Assembly: GCF_016433145.1 (NCBI RefSeq)
Contig: NC_058131.1
Coordinates: 384,669,940-384,733,939 of the forward strand
Source of the DNA: Gracilinanus agilis
Lineage: Eukaryota
Direction: 5' to 3'
Length of the DNA: 64,000 nt
Shown here: piece after piece, positions 63,426-64,000 of the stretch
How positions within the stretch are numbered: position 1 is the first letter of the stretch
How the letters are laid out: every line of letters begins with the position of its first letter
Translations under genes and position numbers: made by a program
The notes under the pieces: generated by a model
What the model saw: the letters and a program-made list of their open reading frames with translations, nothing else
The model's database searches: none
What the model was told of the DNA's origin: nothing

Positions 63426-64000
63426 TGGTGGTAATAGTAGTAGTAGCAGCAGAAGCAACAGTAATATTAGCTAACATTTATATAATGCACGTACTATGCT
63501 ATCCATTGCAGTATCATCTTATTTGATCCTTGGAAAAAACCTGAGAGACATGTGCTATTATTTTCCCCATTTCACAGATGAAAAAAAAAAGTTAGATAGA
63601 ATTTAAGTGACTTGCCCAGAGACAAAGAACTAGTAAGTGCTTGAAGCTGCGTTTGAACCCAATTTGGGTCTTCCTAATAGTAAATTCAGGTTTCTATCCA
63701 CTGTACTCCCTAGCTTCCCCTTATCAATACTTTTCATAAATAATGGCTTTCAGAATTGAACCTTATACCCAAGACATGAATCTGGAATGAAAAGAAGGGG
63801 CTATCATCTCTTTATTTCTTGAACGTATGCCTTTATTAATTAATACAAACTAAATTTCCATTAACTATTATTTTTGTTTTCACCTGATACATTGAAAGGC
63901 AGTGCAGTGCAATTTACAAACTACTTAAAACCCCAAATGTTTTCAGATAAATGGCTGTCTAGGCGTAACTCTCATATTTTAAACGTGTTAAGTTGATTTA

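Overview
AT-rich, CpG-depleted mammalian genomic DNA. The repeat content (SINE1_Mdo-type and MAR1-type CORE-SINEs, L1_Mdo-type LINE-1 ends, marsupial L2 and RTE-SINE pieces) points to a marsupial, most likely the opossum Monodelphis domestica. The only coding feature I can support is one 189-bp exon of delta-sarcoglycan (SGCD) on the minus strand (59753-59565), covering the cytoplasmic tail, transmembrane helix and first N-glycosylation sequon. The rest appears to be SGCD intron, with 1-59564 lying downstream of the exon. Apart from an L1 ORF2 C-terminus (43315-43602), the listed ORFs look spurious. The most notable structures are four short non-autonomous hAT (Charlie/Buster-type) DNA transposons from at least three families, all with 8-bp TSDs centred on TA. 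One of them (49832-50014) is a 183-bp fold-back composite with four transposon ends. There is also a three-level nest (L2, then L1, then hAT), young L1 and SINE insertions with perfect TSDs, a solo LTR, and several non-repetitive islands that may be cis-regulatory. I found no evidence for a new host gene, RNA gene, CRISPR array or endogenous viral ORF. Repeat family names come from my recognition, not a database search, and boundaries of old repeats are approximate.
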